A stretch of 64,000 nt of DNA from Eledone cirrhosa. Its lineage: Eukaryota. The notes under the pieces were generated by a model that saw only the letters and a list, made by a program, of their open reading frames with translations, searched no databases and was not told the DNA's origin. The stretch covers positions 11,036,001 to 11,100,000 of the forward strand of contig OZ024757.1 in assembly GCA_964016885.1 (NCBI GenBank), read 5' to 3'. The position numbers and the translations under genes were made by a program. Below, in pieces: positions 1-15,000 of the stretch (the first letter of the stretch is position 1; every line of letters begins with the position of its first letter).

Positions 1-3000
1 TAAAGGATGCAGTGTCCCGACAGCTAACAACTGATGGAGGGAGTTTGTTCCATGGAGGTTTTAAAGGATGCAGTGTCCCGACAGCTAACAACTGATGCAG
101 GTAGTTTGTTCCATGGAGGTTTTAAAGGATGCAGTGTCTCGACAGCTAACAACTGATGCAGGTAGTTTGTTCCATGGAGGTTTTAAAGGATGCAGTGTCC
201 CGACAGCTAACAACTGATGCAGGTAGTTTGTTCCATGGAGGTTTTAAAGGATCCAGTGTCTCGACAGCTAAAAACTGATGCAGGTAGTTTGTTCCATGGA
301 GGTTTTAAAAGATGCAGCATCTCAACAGCTAACTACTGATGCAGGTAATTTGTTCCATGGAGGTTTTAAAGGATGCAGCGTCCCGACAGCTAAAAACTGA
401 TGCAGGTAGTTTGTTCCATGGATGTTTTAAAGGATGCAGTGTCTTGACAGCTAACAACTGATGCAGGTAGTTTGTTCCATGGAGGTTTTAAAGGATGCAG
501 TGTCTTGACAGCTAACAACTGATGCAGGGAGTTTGTTACATGGAGGTTTTAAAGGATGCAGTGTCCCGACAGCTAACAACTGATGCAGGTAGTTTGTTCC
601 ATGGAGGTTTTAAAGGATGCAGTGTCTCGACAGCTAACAACTGATGCAGGTAGTTTGTTCCATGGAGGTTTTAAAGGATGCAGTGTCTCGACAGCTAACA
701 ACTGATGCTGGTAGGGTAGTTTGTTCCATGGAGGTTTTAAAGGATGTAGTGTCTCGACAGCTAAAAACTGATGCAGGTAGGCTTGTTCTGTTCCATGGAG
801 GTTTTAAAGGATGCAGTGTCTCGACAGCTAACAACTGATGCAGGTAGTTTGTTCCATGGAGATTTTAAAGGATGCAGTGTCTCGAGAGCTAACAACTGAT
901 GCAGGTAGTTTGTTCCATGGAGGTTTTAAAGGATGCAGTGTCTTGACAGCTAACAACTGATGCAGGTAGTTTGTTCCATGGAGGTTTTAAAGGATGCAGT
1001 GTCTTGACAGCTAACAAATGATGCAGGTAGTTTGTTCCATGGAGATTTTAAAGGATGCAGTGTCCCAAAAGCTAACAACTGATGCAGGGAGTTTGTTCCA
1101 TGGAGGTTATAAAGGATGCAGTGTCCCGACAGCTAACAACTGATGCAGGTAGTTTGTTCCATGGAGGTTATAAAGGATGCAGTGTCTCGACAGCTAACAA
1201 CTGATGCAGGTAATTTGTCCCATGGAGGTTTTAAAGGATGCAGTGTCCCGACAGCTAACAACTGATGCAGGTAGTTTGTTCCATGGAGGTTTTAAAGGAT
1301 GCAGCATCTCAACAGCTAACTACTGATGCAGGTAATTTGTTCCATGGAGGTTTTAAAGGATGCAGCGTCCCGACAGCTAACAACTGATGCAGGTAGTTTG
1401 TTCCATGGAGGTTTTAAAGGATGCAGTGTCTCGACAGCTAACAACTGATGCAGGTAGTTTGTTCCATGGAGGTTTTAAAGGATGCAGTGTCCCGACAGCT
1501 AACAACTGATGCAGTTAGTTTGTTCCATGGAGGGTTTAAAGGATCCAGTGTCTCGACAGCTAAAAGCTGATGCAGGGAGTTTGTTCCATGGAGGTTTTAA
1601 AGGATGCAGTGTCCCGACAGCTAACAACTGTTGGAGGGAGTTTGTTCCATGGAGGTTTTAAAGGATGCAGTGTCCCGACAGCTAACAACTGATGCAGGTA
1701 GTTTGTTCCATGGAGGTTTTAAAGGATGCAGTGTCTCGACAGCTAACAACTGATGCAGGTAGTTTGTTCCATTGAGGTTTTAAAGGATGCAGTGTCCCGA
1801 CAGCTAACAACCGATGCAGGTAGTTTGTTCCATGGAGGTTTTAAAGGATCCAGTGTCTCGACAGCTAAAAACTGATGCAGGTAGTTTGTTCCATGGAGGT
1901 TTTAAAAGATGCAGCCTCTCAACAGCTAACTACTGATGCAGGTAATTTGTTCCATGGAGGTTTTAAAGGATGCAGCGTCCTGACAGCTAACAACTGATGC
2001 AGGTAGTTTGTTCCATGGAGGTTTTAAAGGATGCAGTGTCCCGACAGCTAACAACTAATGCAGGGAGTTTGTTCCATGGAGGTTTTAAAGGATGCAGTGT
2101 CCCGACAGCTAACAACTGATGGAGGGAGTTTGTTCCATGGAGGTTTTAAAGGATGCAGTGTCCCGACAGCTAACAACTGATGCAGGTAGTTTGTTCCATG
2201 GAGGTTTTAAAAGATGCAGCATCTCAACAGCTAACTACTGATGCAGGTAATTTGTTCCATGGAGGTTTTAAAGGATGCAGCGTCCCGACAGCTAACAACT
2301 GATGCAGGTAGTTTGTTCCATGGATGTTTTAAAGGATGCAGTGTCTTGACAGCTAACAACTGATGCAGGTAGTTTGTTCCATGGAGGTTTTAAAGGATGC
2401 AGTGTCTTGACAGCTAACAACTGATGCAGGGAGTTTGTTCCATGGAGGTTTTAAAGGATGCAGTGTCCCGACAGCTAACAACTGATGCAGGTAGTTTGTT
2501 CCATGGAGGTTTTAAAGGATGCAGTGTCTCGACAGCTAACAACTGATGCAGGTAGTTTGTTCCATGGAGGTTTTAAAGGATGCAGTGTCTCGACAGCTAA
2601 CAACTGATGCTGGTAGGGTAGTTTGTTCCATGGAGGTTTTAAAGGATGTAGTGTCTCGACAGCTAAAAACTGATGCAGGTAGGCTTGTTCTGTTCCATGG
2701 AGGTTTTAAAGGATGCAGTGTCTCGACAGCTAACAACTGATGCAGGTAGTTTGTTCCATGGAGATTTTAAAGGATGCAGTGTCTCGAGAGCTAACAACTG
2801 ATGCAGGTAGTTTGTTCCATGGAGGTTTTAAAGGATGCAGTGTCTTGACAGCTAACAACTGATGCAGGTAGTTTGTTCCATGGAGGTTTTAAAGGATGCA
2901 GTGTCTTGACAGCTAACAAATGATGCAGGTAGTTTGTTCCATGGAGATTTTAAAGGATGCAGTGTCCCAAAAGCTAACAACTGATGCAGGGAGTTTGTTC

Positions 3001-6000
3001 CATGGAGGTTATAAAGGATGCAGTGTCCCGACAGCTAACAACTGATGCAGGTAGTTTGTTCCATGGAGGTTATAAAGGATGCAGTGTCTCGACAGCTAAC
3101 AACTGATGCAGGTAATTTGTCCCATGGAGGTTTTAAAGGATGCAGTGTCCCGACAGCTAACAACTGATGCAGGTAGTTTGTTCCATGGAGGTTTTAAAGG
3201 ATGCAGCATCTCAACAGCTAACTACTGATGCAGGTAATTTGTTCCATGGAGGTTTTAAAGGATGCAGCGTCCCGACAGCTAACAACTGATGCAGGTAGTT
3301 TGTTCCATGGATGTTTTAAAGGATGTAGTGTCTCGACAGCTAACAACTGATGCAGGGAGTTTGTTCCATGGAGGTTTTAAAGGATGCAGTGTCCCGACAG
3401 CTAACAACTGATGCAGGTAGTTTGTTCCATGGAGGTTTTAAAGGATGCAGTGTCCCGACAGCTAACAACTGATGCAGGTAGTTTGTCCCATGGAGGTTTT
3501 AAAGGATGCAGTGTCCCGACAGCTAACAACTGATGCAGTTAGTTTGTTCCATGGAGGGTTTAAAGGATCCAGTGTCTCGACAGCTAAAAGCTGATGCAGG
3601 TAGTTTGTTCCATGGAGGTTTTAAAAGATGCAGCATCTCAACAGCTAACTACTGATGCAGGTAGTTTGTTCCATGGAGGTTTTAAAGGATGCAGCGTCCC
3701 GACAGCTAACAACTGATGCAGGTAGTTTGTTCCATGGAGGTTTTAAAGGATGCAGTGTCCCGACAGCTAACAACTGATGCAGGGAGTTTGTTCCATGGAG
3801 GTTTTAAAGGATGCAGTGTCCCGACAGCTAACAACTGATGGAGGGAGTTTGTTCCATGGAGGTTTTAAAGGATGCAGTGTGCCGACAGCTAACAACTGAT
3901 GCAGGTAGTTTGTTCCATGGAGGTTTTAAAGGATGCAGTGTCTCGACAGCTAACAACTGATGCAGGTAGTTTGTTCCATGGAGGTTTTAAAGGATGCAGT
4001 GTCCCGACAGCTAACAACCGATGCAGGTAGTTTGTTCCATGGAGGTTTTAAAGGATCCAGTGTCTCGACAGCTAAAAACTGATGCAGGTAGTTTGTTCCA
4101 TGGAGGTTTTAAAGGATGCAGTGTCTTGACAGCTAACAAATGATGCAGGTAGTTTGTTCCATGGAGGTTTTAAAGGATGCAGTGTCTCGACAGCTAACAA
4201 CTGATGCAGGTAGTTTGTTCCATGTAGGTTTTAAAGGATGCAGTGTTTCGACAGCTAACACCTGATGCTGGTAGGGTAGTTTGTTCCATGGAGGTTTTAA
4301 AGGATGTAGTGTCTCGACAGCTAAAAACTGATTCAGGTAGGCTTGTTCTGTTCCATGGAGGTTTTAAAGGATGCAGTGTCTCGACACCTAACAAATGAAT
4401 CAGGTAGTTTGTTCCATGGAGGTTTTAAGGGATACAGTGTCTCGACAGCTAACAACTGATGCAGGTAATTTGTTCCATGGAGGTTTTATAGGATGCAGTG
4501 TCTCGAGAGCTAACAACTGATGCAGGTAGTTTGTTCCATGGAGGTTTTAAAGGATGCAGTGTCTTGACAGCTAACAAATGATGCAGGTAGTTTGTTCCAT
4601 GGAGATTTTAAAGGATGCAGTGTCCCAACAGCTAACAACTGATGCAGGGAGTTTGTTCAATGGAGGTTTTAAAGGATGCAGTGTCCCAACAGCTAACAAC
4701 TGATGCAGGTAGTTTGTTCCATGGAGGTTTTAAAGAATGCAGTGTCTCGACAGCTAACAACTGATGCAGGTAGTTTGTTCCATGGAGGTTTTAAAGGATG
4801 CAGTGTCCCGACAGCTAACAACTGATGCAGGTAGTTTGTTCCATGGAGGTTTTAAAGGATCCAGTGTCTCGACAGCTAAAAACTGATGCAGGTAGTTTGT
4901 TCCATGGAGGTTTTAAAAGATGCAGCATCTCAACAGCTAACTACTGATGCAGGTAATTTGTTCCATGGAGGTTTTAAAGGATGCAGCGTCCCGACAGCTA
5001 ACAACTGATGCAGGTAGTTTGTTCCATGGAGCTTTTAAAGGATGCAGTGTCTCGACAGCTAACAACTGAAGCAGGTAGTTTGTTCCATGGAGGTTTTAAA
5101 GGATGCAGTGTTCCAACAGCTAACAACTGATGCAGGTAGTTTGTTCCATGGAGGTTTTAAAGGATGCAGTGTCCCGACAGCTAACAACTGATGCGGGTAG
5201 TTTGTTCCATGGAGGTTTTACAGGATCCAGTGTCTCGACAGCTAAAAACTGATGCAGGTAGTTTGTTCCATGGAGGTTTTAAAACATGCAGCATCTGAAC
5301 AGCTAACTACTGATGCAGGTAATTTGTTCCATGGAGGTTTTAAAGGATGCAGCGTCCCGACAGCTAACAACTGATGCAGGTAGTTTGTTCCATGGAGGTT
5401 TTAAAGGATGCAGTATCCCGACAGCTAACAACTGATGCAGGGAGTTTGTTCCATGGAGGTTTTAAAGGATGCAGTGTCCCGACAGCTAACAACTGATGCA
5501 GGTAATTTGTTCCATGGTGCTTTTAAAGGATGCAGTGTCTCGACAGCTAACAACTGATGCAGGTAGTTTGTTCCATGGGTGTTTTAATGGATGCAGTGTC
5601 CCGACAGCTAACAACTGATGCAGGTAGTTTGTTCCATGGAGGTTTTAAGGGATCCAGTGTCTCGACAGCTAAAAACTGATGCAGGTAGTTTGTTCCATGG
5701 AGGTTTTAAAAGATGCAGCATCTCAACAGCTAACTCCTGATGCAGGTAGTTTGTTCCATGGAGGTTTTAAAGAATGCAGTGTCTTGACAGCTAACAAATG
5801 ATGCAGGTGGTTTGTTCCTTGGAGATTTTAAAGGATGCAGTGTCCCAACAGCTAACAACTGATGCAGGGAGTTTGTTCCATGGAGGTTTTAAAGGATGCA
5901 GTGTCCCAACAGCTAACAACTGATGCAGGTAGTTTGTTCCATGGAGGTTTTAAAGAATGCAGTGTCTCGACAGCTAACAACTGATGCAGGTAGTTTGTTC

Positions 6001-9000
6001 CATGGAGGTTTTAAAGGATGCAGTGTCCCGACAGCTAACAACTGATGCAGGTAGTTTGTTCCATGGAGGTTTTAAAGGATCCAGTGTCTCGACAGCTAAA
6101 AACTGATGCAGGTAGTTTGTTCCATGGAGGTTTTAAAAGATGCAGCATCTCAACAGCTAACTACTGATGCAGGTAATTTGTTCCATGGAGGTTTTAAAGG
6201 ATGCAGCGTCCCGACAGCTAACAACTGATGCAGGTAGTTTGTTCCATGGTGCTTTTAAAGGATGCAGTGTCTCGACAGCTAACAACTGAAGCAGGTAGTT
6301 TGTTCCATGGAGGTTTTAAAGGATGCAGTGTTCCGACAGCTAACAACTGATGCAGGTAGTTTGTTCCATGGAGGTTTTAAAGGATGCAGTGTCCCGACAG
6401 CTAACAACTGATGCGGGTAGTTTGTTCCATGGAGGTTTTAAAGGATCCAGTGTCTCGACAGCTAAAAACTGATGCAGGTAGTTTGTTCCATGGAGGTTTT
6501 AAAAGATGCAGCATCTCAACAGCTAACTACTGATGCAGGTAATTTGTTCCATGGAGGTTTTAAAGGATGCAGCGTCCCGACAGCTAACAACTGATGCAGG
6601 TAGTTTGTTCCATGGAGGTTTTAAAGGATGCAGTGTCCCGACAGCTAACAACTGATGCAGGGAGTTTGTTCCATGGAAGTTTTAAAGGATGCAGTGTCCC
6701 GACAGCTAACAACTGATGCAGGTAATTTGTTCCATGGAGCTTTTAAAGGATGCAGTGTCTCGACAGCTAACAACTGATGCAGGTAGTTTGTTCCATGGGT
6801 GTTTTAATGGATGCAGTGTCCCGACAGCTAACAACTGATGCAGGTAGTTTGTTCCATGGAGGTTTTAAGGGATCCAGTGTCTCGACAGCTAAAAACTGAT
6901 GCAGGTAGTTTGTTCCATGGAGGTTTTAAAAGATGCAGCATCTCAACAGCTAACTCCTGATGCAAGTAGTTTGTTCCATGGAGGTTTTAAAGGATGCAGT
7001 GTCTTGACAGATAACAAATGATGCAGGTGGTTTGTTCCTTGGAGATTTTAAAGGATGCAGTGTCCCAACAGCTAACAACTGATGCAGGGAGTTTGTTCCA
7101 TGGAGGTTTTAAAGGATGCAGTGTCCCGACAGCTAACAACTGATGCAGGGAGTTTGTTCCATGGAGGTTTTAAAGGATGCAGTGTCCCGACAGCTAACAA
7201 CTGATGCAGGTAGTTTGTTCCATGGAGGTTTTAAAGGATGCAGTGTCTCGACAGCTAACAACTGATGCAGGTAGTTTGTTCCATGGAGGTTTTAAAGGAT
7301 GCAGTGTCCCGACAGCTAACAACTGATGCAGTTAGTTTGTTCCATGGAGGGTTTAAAGGATCCAGTGTCTCGACAGCTAAAAGCTGATGCAGGGAGTTTG
7401 TTCCATGGAGGTTTTAAAGGATGCAGTGTCCCGACAGCTAACAACTGATGGAGGGAGTTTGTTCCATGGAGGTTTTAAAGGATGCAGTGTCCCGACAGCT
7501 AACAACTGATGCAGGTAGTTTGTTCCATGGAGGTTTTAAAGGATGCAGTGTCTCGACAGCTAACAACTGAAGCAGGTAGTTGGTTCCATGGAGGTTTTAA
7601 AGGATGCAGTGTCCCGACAGCTAACAACCGATGCAGGTAGTTTGTTCCATGGAGGTTTTAAAGGATCCAGTGTCTCGACAGCTAAAAACTGATGCAGGTA
7701 GTTTGTTCCATGGAGGTTTTAAAAGATGCAGCCTCTCAACAGCTAACTACTGATGCAGGTAATTTGTTCCATGGAGGTTTTAAAGGATGCAGCGTCCTGA
7801 CAGCTAACAACTGATGCAGGTAGTTTGTTCCATGGAGGTTTTAAAGGATGCAGTGTCCCGACAGCTAACAACTAATGCAGGGAGTTTGTTCCATGGAGGT
7901 TTTAAAGGATGCAGTGTCCCGACAGCTAACAACTGATGGAGGGAGTTTGTTCCATGGAGGTTTTAAAGGATGCAGTGTCCCGACAGCTAACAACTGATGC
8001 AGGTAGTTTGTTCCATGGAGGTTTTAAAAGATGCAGCATCTCAACAGCTAACTACTGATGCAGGTAATTTGTTCCATGGAGGTTTTAAAGGATGCAGCGT
8101 CCCGACAGCTAACAACTGATGCAGGTAGTTTGTTCCATGGATGTTTTAAAGGATGCAGTGTCTTGACAGCTAACAACTGATGCAGGTAGTTTGTTCCATG
8201 GAGGTTTTAAAGGATGCAGTGTCTTGATAGCTAACAACTGATGCAGGGAGTTTGTTCCATGGAGGTTTTAAAGGATGCAGTGTCCCGACAGCTAACAACT
8301 GATGCAGGTAGTTTGTTCCATGGAGGTTTTAAAGGATGCAGTGTCTCGACAGCTAACAACTGATGCAGGTAGTTTGTTCCATGGAGGTTTTAAAGGATGC
8401 AGTGTCTCGACAGCTAACAACTGATGCTGGTAGGGTAGTTTGTTCCATGGAGGTTTTAAAGGATGTAGTGTCTCGACAGCTAAAAACTGATGCAGGTAGG
8501 CTTGTTCTGTTCCATGGAGGTTTTAAAGGATGCAGTGTCTCGACAGCTAACAACTGATGCAGGTAGTTTGTTCCATGGAGATTTTAAAGGATGCAGTGTC
8601 TCGAGAGCTAACAACTGATGCAGGTAGTTTGTTCCATGGAGGTTTTAAAGGATGCAGTGTCTTGACAGCTAACAAATGATGCAGGTAGTTTGTTCCATGG
8701 AGATTTTAAAGGATGCAGTGTCCCAAAAGCTAACAACTGATGCAGGGAGTTTGTTCCATGGAGGTTATAAAGGATGCAGTGTCCCGACAGCTAACAACTG
8801 ATGCAGGTAGTTTGTTCCATGGAGGTTATAAAGGATGCAGTGTCTCGACAGCTAACAACTGATGCAGGTAATTTGTCCCATGGAGGTTTTAAAGGATGCA
8901 GTGTCCCGACAGCTAACAACTGATGCAGGTAGTTTGTTCCATGGAGGTTTTAAAGGATGCAGCATCTCAACAGCTAACTACTGATGCAGGTAATTTGTTC

Positions 9001-12000
9001 CATGGAGGTTTTAAAGGATGCAGCGTCCCGACAGCTAACAACTGATGCAGGTAGTTTGTTCCATGGAGGTTTTAAAGGATGCAGTGTCTCGACAGCTAAC
9101 AACTGATGCAGGTAGTTTGTTCCATGGAGGTTTTAAAGGATGCAGTGTCCCGACAGCTAACAACTGATGCAGTTAGTTTGTTCCATGGAGGGTTTAAAGG
9201 ATCCAGTGTCTCGACAGCTAAAAGCTGATGCAGGGAGTTTGTTCCATGGAGGTTTTAAAGGATGCAGTGTCCCGACAGCTAACAACTGTTGGAGGGAGTT
9301 TGTTCCATGGAGGTTTTAAAGGATGCAGTGTCCCGACAGCTAACAACTGATGCAGGTAGTTTGTTCCATGGAGGTTTTAAAGGATGCAGTGTCTCGACAG
9401 CTAACAACTGATGCAGGTAGTTTGTTCCATGGAGGTTTTAAAGGATGCAGTGTCCCGACAGCTAACAACCGATGCAGGTAGTTTGTTCCATGGAGGTTTT
9501 AAAGGATCCAGTGTCTCGACAGCTAAAAACTGATGCAGGTAGTTTGTTCCATGGAGGTTTTAAAAGATGCAGCCTCTCAACAGCTAACTACTGATGCAGG
9601 TAATTTGTTCCATGGAGGTTTTAAAGGATGCAGCGTCCTGACAGCTAACAACTGATGCAGGTAGTTTGTTCCATGGAGGTTTTAAAGGATGCAGTGTCCC
9701 GACAGCTAACAACTAATGCAGGGAGTTTGTTCCATGGAGGTTTTAAAGGATGCAGTGTCCCGACAGCTAACAACTGATGGAGGGAGTTTGTTCCATGGAG
9801 GTTTTAAAGGATGCAGTGTCCCGACAGCTAACAACTGATGCAGGTAGTTTGTTCCATGGAGGTTTTAAAAGATGCAGCATTTCAACAGCTAACTACTGAT
9901 GCAGGTAATTTGTTCCATGGAGGTTTTAAAGGATGCAGCGTCCCGACAGCTAACAACTGATGCAGGTAGTTTGTTCCATGGATGTTTTAAAGGATGCAGT
10001 GTCTTGACAGCTAACAACTGATGCAGGTAGTTTGTTCCATGGAGGTTTTAAAGGATGCAGTGTCTTGACAGCTAACAACTGATGCAGGGAGTTTGTTCCA
10101 TGGAGGTTTTAAAGGATGCAGTGTCCCGACAGCTAACAACTGATGCAGGTAGTTTGTTCCATGGAGGTTTTAAAGGATGCAGTGTCTCGACAGCTAACAA
10201 CTGATGCAGGTAGTTTGTTCCATGGAGGTTTTAAAGGATGCAGTGTCTCGACAGCTAACAACTGATGCTGGTAGGGTAGTTTGTTCCATGGAGGTTTTAA
10301 AGGATGTAGTGTCTCGACAGCTAAAAACTGATGCAGGTAGGCTTGTTCTGTTCCATGGAGGTTTTAAAGGATGCAGTGTCTCGACAGCTAACAACTGATG
10401 CAGGTAGTTTGTTCCATGGAGATTTTAAAGGATGCAGTGTCTCGAGAGCTAACAACTGATGCAGGTAGTTTGTTCCATGGAGGTTTTAAAGGATGCAGTG
10501 TCTTGACAGCTAACAACTGATGCAGGTAGTTTGTTCCATGGAGGTTTTAAAGGATGCAGTGTCTTGACAGCTAACAAATGATGCAGGTATTTTGTTCCAT
10601 GGAGATTTTAAAGGATGCAGTGTCCCAAAAGCTAACAACTGATGCAGGGAGTTTGTTCCATGGAGGTTATAAAGGATGCAGTGTCCCGACAGCTAACAAC
10701 TGATGCAGGTAGTTTGTTCCATGGAGGTTATAAAGGATGCAGTGTCTCGACAGCTAACAACTGATGCAGGTAATTTGTCCCATGGAGGTTTTAAAGGATG
10801 CAGTGTCCCGACAGCTAACAACTGATGCAGGTAGTTTGTTCCATGGAGGTTTTAAAGGATGCAGCATCTCAACAGCTAACTACTGATGCAGGTAATTTGT
10901 TCCATGGAGGTTTTAAAGGATGCAGCGTCCCGACAGCTAACAACTGATGCAGGTAGTTTGTTCCATGGATGTTTTAAAGGATGTAGTGTCTCGACAGCTA
11001 ACAACTGATGCAGGGAGTTTGTTCCATGGAGGTTTTAAATGATGCAGTGTCTCGACAGCTAACAACTGATGCAGGTAGTTTGTTCCATGGAGGTTTTAAA
11101 GGATGCAGTGTCCCGACAGCTAACAACTGATGCAGGTAGTTTGTTCCATGGAGGCTTTAAAGGATCCAGTGTCTCGACAGCTAAAAACTGATGCAGGTAG
11201 TTTGTTCCATGGAGGTTTTAAAGGATCCAGTGTCCCGACAGCTAACAACTGATGCAGGTAGTTTGTTCCATGGAGGTTTTAAAGGATGCAGTGTCTCGAC
11301 AGCAAACAACTGATGCAGGTAGTTTGTTCCATGGAGGTTTTAAAGGATGCGGTGTCCCGACAGCTAACAACTGATGCAGGTAGTTTGTTCCATGGAGGTT
11401 TTAAAGGATCCAGTGTCTCGACAGCTAAAAACTGATGCAGGTAGTTCGTTCCATGGAGGTTTTAAAAGATGCAGCATCTCAACAGCTAACTACTGATGCA
11501 GGTAATTTGTTCCATGGAGGTTTTAAAGGATGCAGCGTCCCGACAGCTAACAACTGATGCAGGTAGTTTGTTCCATGGAGGTTTTAAAGGATGCAGTGTC
11601 TTGACAGCTAACAACTGATGCAGGTAGTTTGTTCCATGGAGATTTTAAAGGATGCAGTGTCTTGACAGCTAACAACTGATGCAGGGAGTTTGTTCCATGG
11701 AGGTTTAAAAGGATGCAGTGTCCCGACAGCTAACAACTGATGCAGGTAGTTTGTTCCATGGAGGTTTTAAAGGATGCAGTGTCTCGACAGCTAACAACTG
11801 ATGCAGGTAGTTTGTTCCATGGAGGTTTTAAAGGATGCAGTGTCCCGACAGCTAACAACTAATGCAGGTAGTTTGTTCCATGGAGGTTTTAAAGGATCCA
11901 GTGACTCGACAGCTAAAAACTGATGCAGGTAGTTTGTTCCATGGAGGTTTTAAAAGATGCAGCATCTCAACAGCTAACTAGTGATGCAGGTAATTTGTTC

Positions 12001-15000
12001 CATGGAGGTTTTAAAGGATGCAGCGTCCCGACAGCTGACAACTGATGCAGGTAGTTTGTTCCATGGAGGTTTTAAAGGATGCAGTGTCTCGACAGCTAAC
12101 AACTGATGCTGGTAGGGTAGTTTGTTCCATGGAGGTTTTAAAGGATGCAGTGTCTCGACAGCTAAAAACTGATGCAGGTAGGCTTGTTCTGTTCAATGGA
12201 GGTTTTAAAGGATGCAGTGTCTCGACAGCTAACAACTGAATCGGGTGGTTTGTTCCATGGAGGTTTTAAGGGATACAGTGTCTCGACAGCTAACAACTGA
12301 TGCAGGTAATTTGTTCCATGGAGGTTTTAAAGGATGCAGCGTCCCGACAGCTAACAACTGATGCAGGTAGTTTGTTCCATGTAGGTTTTAAAGGATGCAG
12401 TGTCTCGACAGCTAACAACTGAATCAGGTAGTTTGTTCCATGGAGGTTTTAAGGGATACAGTGTCTCGACAGCTAACAACTGGTGCAGGGAGTTTGTTCC
12501 ATGGAGGTTTTAAAGGATGCAGTGTCCCGACAGCTAACAACTGATGCAGGTAGTTTGTTCCATGGAGGTTTTAAAGGATGCAGTGTCTCGACAGCTAACA
12601 ACTGATGCAGGTAGTTTGTTCCATGGAGGTTTTAAAGGATGCAGTATCTCGACAGCTAAAAACTGATGCAGGTAGTTTGTTCCATGGAGGTTTTAAAAGA
12701 TGCAGCATCTCAACAGCTAACTACTGATGCAGGTAATTTGTTCCATGGAGGTTTTAAAGGGTGCAGCGTCCCGACAGCTAACAACTGATGCAGGTAGTTT
12801 GTTCCATGGATGTTTTAAAGGATGCAGTGTCTCGACAGCTTACAACTGATGCAGGTAGTTTGTTCCATGGAGGTTTTAAAGGATGCAGTGTCCCGACAGC
12901 TAACAACTGATGCAGGGAGTTTGTTCCATGGAGGTTTTAAAGGATGCAGTGTCCCGACAGCTAACAACTGATGCAGGTAGTTTGTTCCATGGAGGTTTTA
13001 AAGGATGCAGTGTCTCGACAGCTAACAACTGATGCAGGTAGTTTGTTCCATGGAGGTTTTAAAGGATGCAGTGTCCCGACAGCTAACAACTGATGCAGGT
13101 AGTTTGTTCCATGGAGGTTTTAAAGGATGCATTGTCCCGACAGCTAACAACTGATGCAGGTAGTTTGTTCCATGGAGGTTTTAAAGGATGCAGCATCTCA
13201 ACAGCTAACTACTGATGCAGGTAATTTGTTCCATGGAGGTTTTAAAGGATGCAGCGTCCCGACAGCTAACAACTGATGCAGGTAGTTTGTTCCATGGATG
13301 TTTTAAAGGATGTAGTGTCTCGACAGCTAACAACTGATGCAGGGAGTTTGTTCCATGGAGGTTTTAAAGGATGCAGTGTCTCGACAGCTAACAACTGATG
13401 CAGGTAGTTTGTTCCATGGAGGTTTTAAAGGATGCAGTGTCTCAACAGCTAACAACTGATGCAGGTAGTTTGTTCCATGGAGGCTTTAAAGGATCCAGTG
13501 TCTCGACAGCTAAAAACTGATGCAGGGAGTTTCTTCCATGGAGGTTTTAAAGGATGCAGTGTCCCGACAGCTAACAACTGATGCAGGTAGTTTGTTCCAT
13601 GGAGGTTTTAAAGGATGCAGTGTCTCGACAGGAAACAACTGATGCAGGTAGTTTGTTCCATGGAGGTTTTAAAGGATGCGGTGTCCCGACAGCTAACAAC
13701 TGATGCAGGTAGTTTGTTCCATGGAGGTTTTAAAGGATCCAGTGTCTCGACAGCTAAAAACTGATGCAGGTAGTTCGTTCCATGGAGGTTTTAAAAGATG
13801 CAGCATCTCAACAGCTAACTACTGATGCAGGTAATTTGTTCCATGGAGGTTTTAAAGGATGCAGCGTCCCGACAGCTAAAAACTGATGCAGGTAGTTTGT
13901 TCCATGGAGGTTTTAAAGGATGCAGTGTCCCGACAGCTAAAAACTGATGCAGGTAGTTTGTTCCATGGAGGTTTTAAAGGATGCAGTGTCCCGACAGCTA
14001 ACAACTGATGCAGGTAGTTTGTTCCATGGAGGTTTTAAAGGATGCGGTGTCCCGACAGCTAACAACTGATGCAGGTAGTTTGTTCCATGGAGGTTTTAAA
14101 GGATCCAGTGTCTCGACAGCTAAAAACTGATGCAGGTAGTTCGTTCCATGGAGGTTTTAAAAGATGCAGCATCTCAACAGCTAACTACTGATGCAGGTAA
14201 TTTGTTCCATGGAGGTTTTAAAGGATGCAGTGTCCCGACAGCTAACAACTGATGCAGGTAGTTTGTTCCATGGAGGTTTTAAAGGATGCAGTGTCTCGAC
14301 AGCTAACAACTGATGCAGGTAGTTTGTTCCATGGAGGTTTTAAAGGATGCAGTGTCCCGACAGCTAACAACTAATGCAGGTAGTTTGTTCCATGGAGGTT
14401 TTAAAGGATCCAGTGACTCGACAGCTAAAAACTGATGCAGGTAGTTTGTTCCATGGAGGTTTTAAAAGATGCAGCATCTCAACAGCTAACTAGTGATGCA
14501 GGTAATTTGTTCCATGGAGGTTTTAAAGGATGCAGCGTCCCGACAGCTGACAACTGATGCAGGTAGTTTGTTCCATGGAGGTTTTAAAGGATGCAGTGTC
14601 TCGACAGCTAACAACTGATGCTGGTAGGGTAGTTTGTTCCATGGAGGTTTTAAAGGATGCAGTGTCTCGACAGCTAAAAACTGATGCAGGTAGGCTTGTT
14701 CTGTTCAATGGAGGTTTTAAAGGATGCAGTGTCTCGACAGCTAACAACTGAATCGGGTGGTTTGTTCCATGGAGGTTTTAAGGGATACAGTGTCTCGACA
14801 GCTAACAACTGATGCAGGTAATTTGTTCCATGGAGGTTTTAAAGGATGCAGCGTCCCGACAGCTAACAACTGATGCAGGTAGTTTGTTCCATGTAGGTTT
14901 TAAAGGATGCAGTGTCTCGACAGCTAACAACTGATGCAGGTAGTTTGTTCCATGGAGGTTTTAAGGGATACAGTGTCTCGACAGCTAACAACTGGTGCAG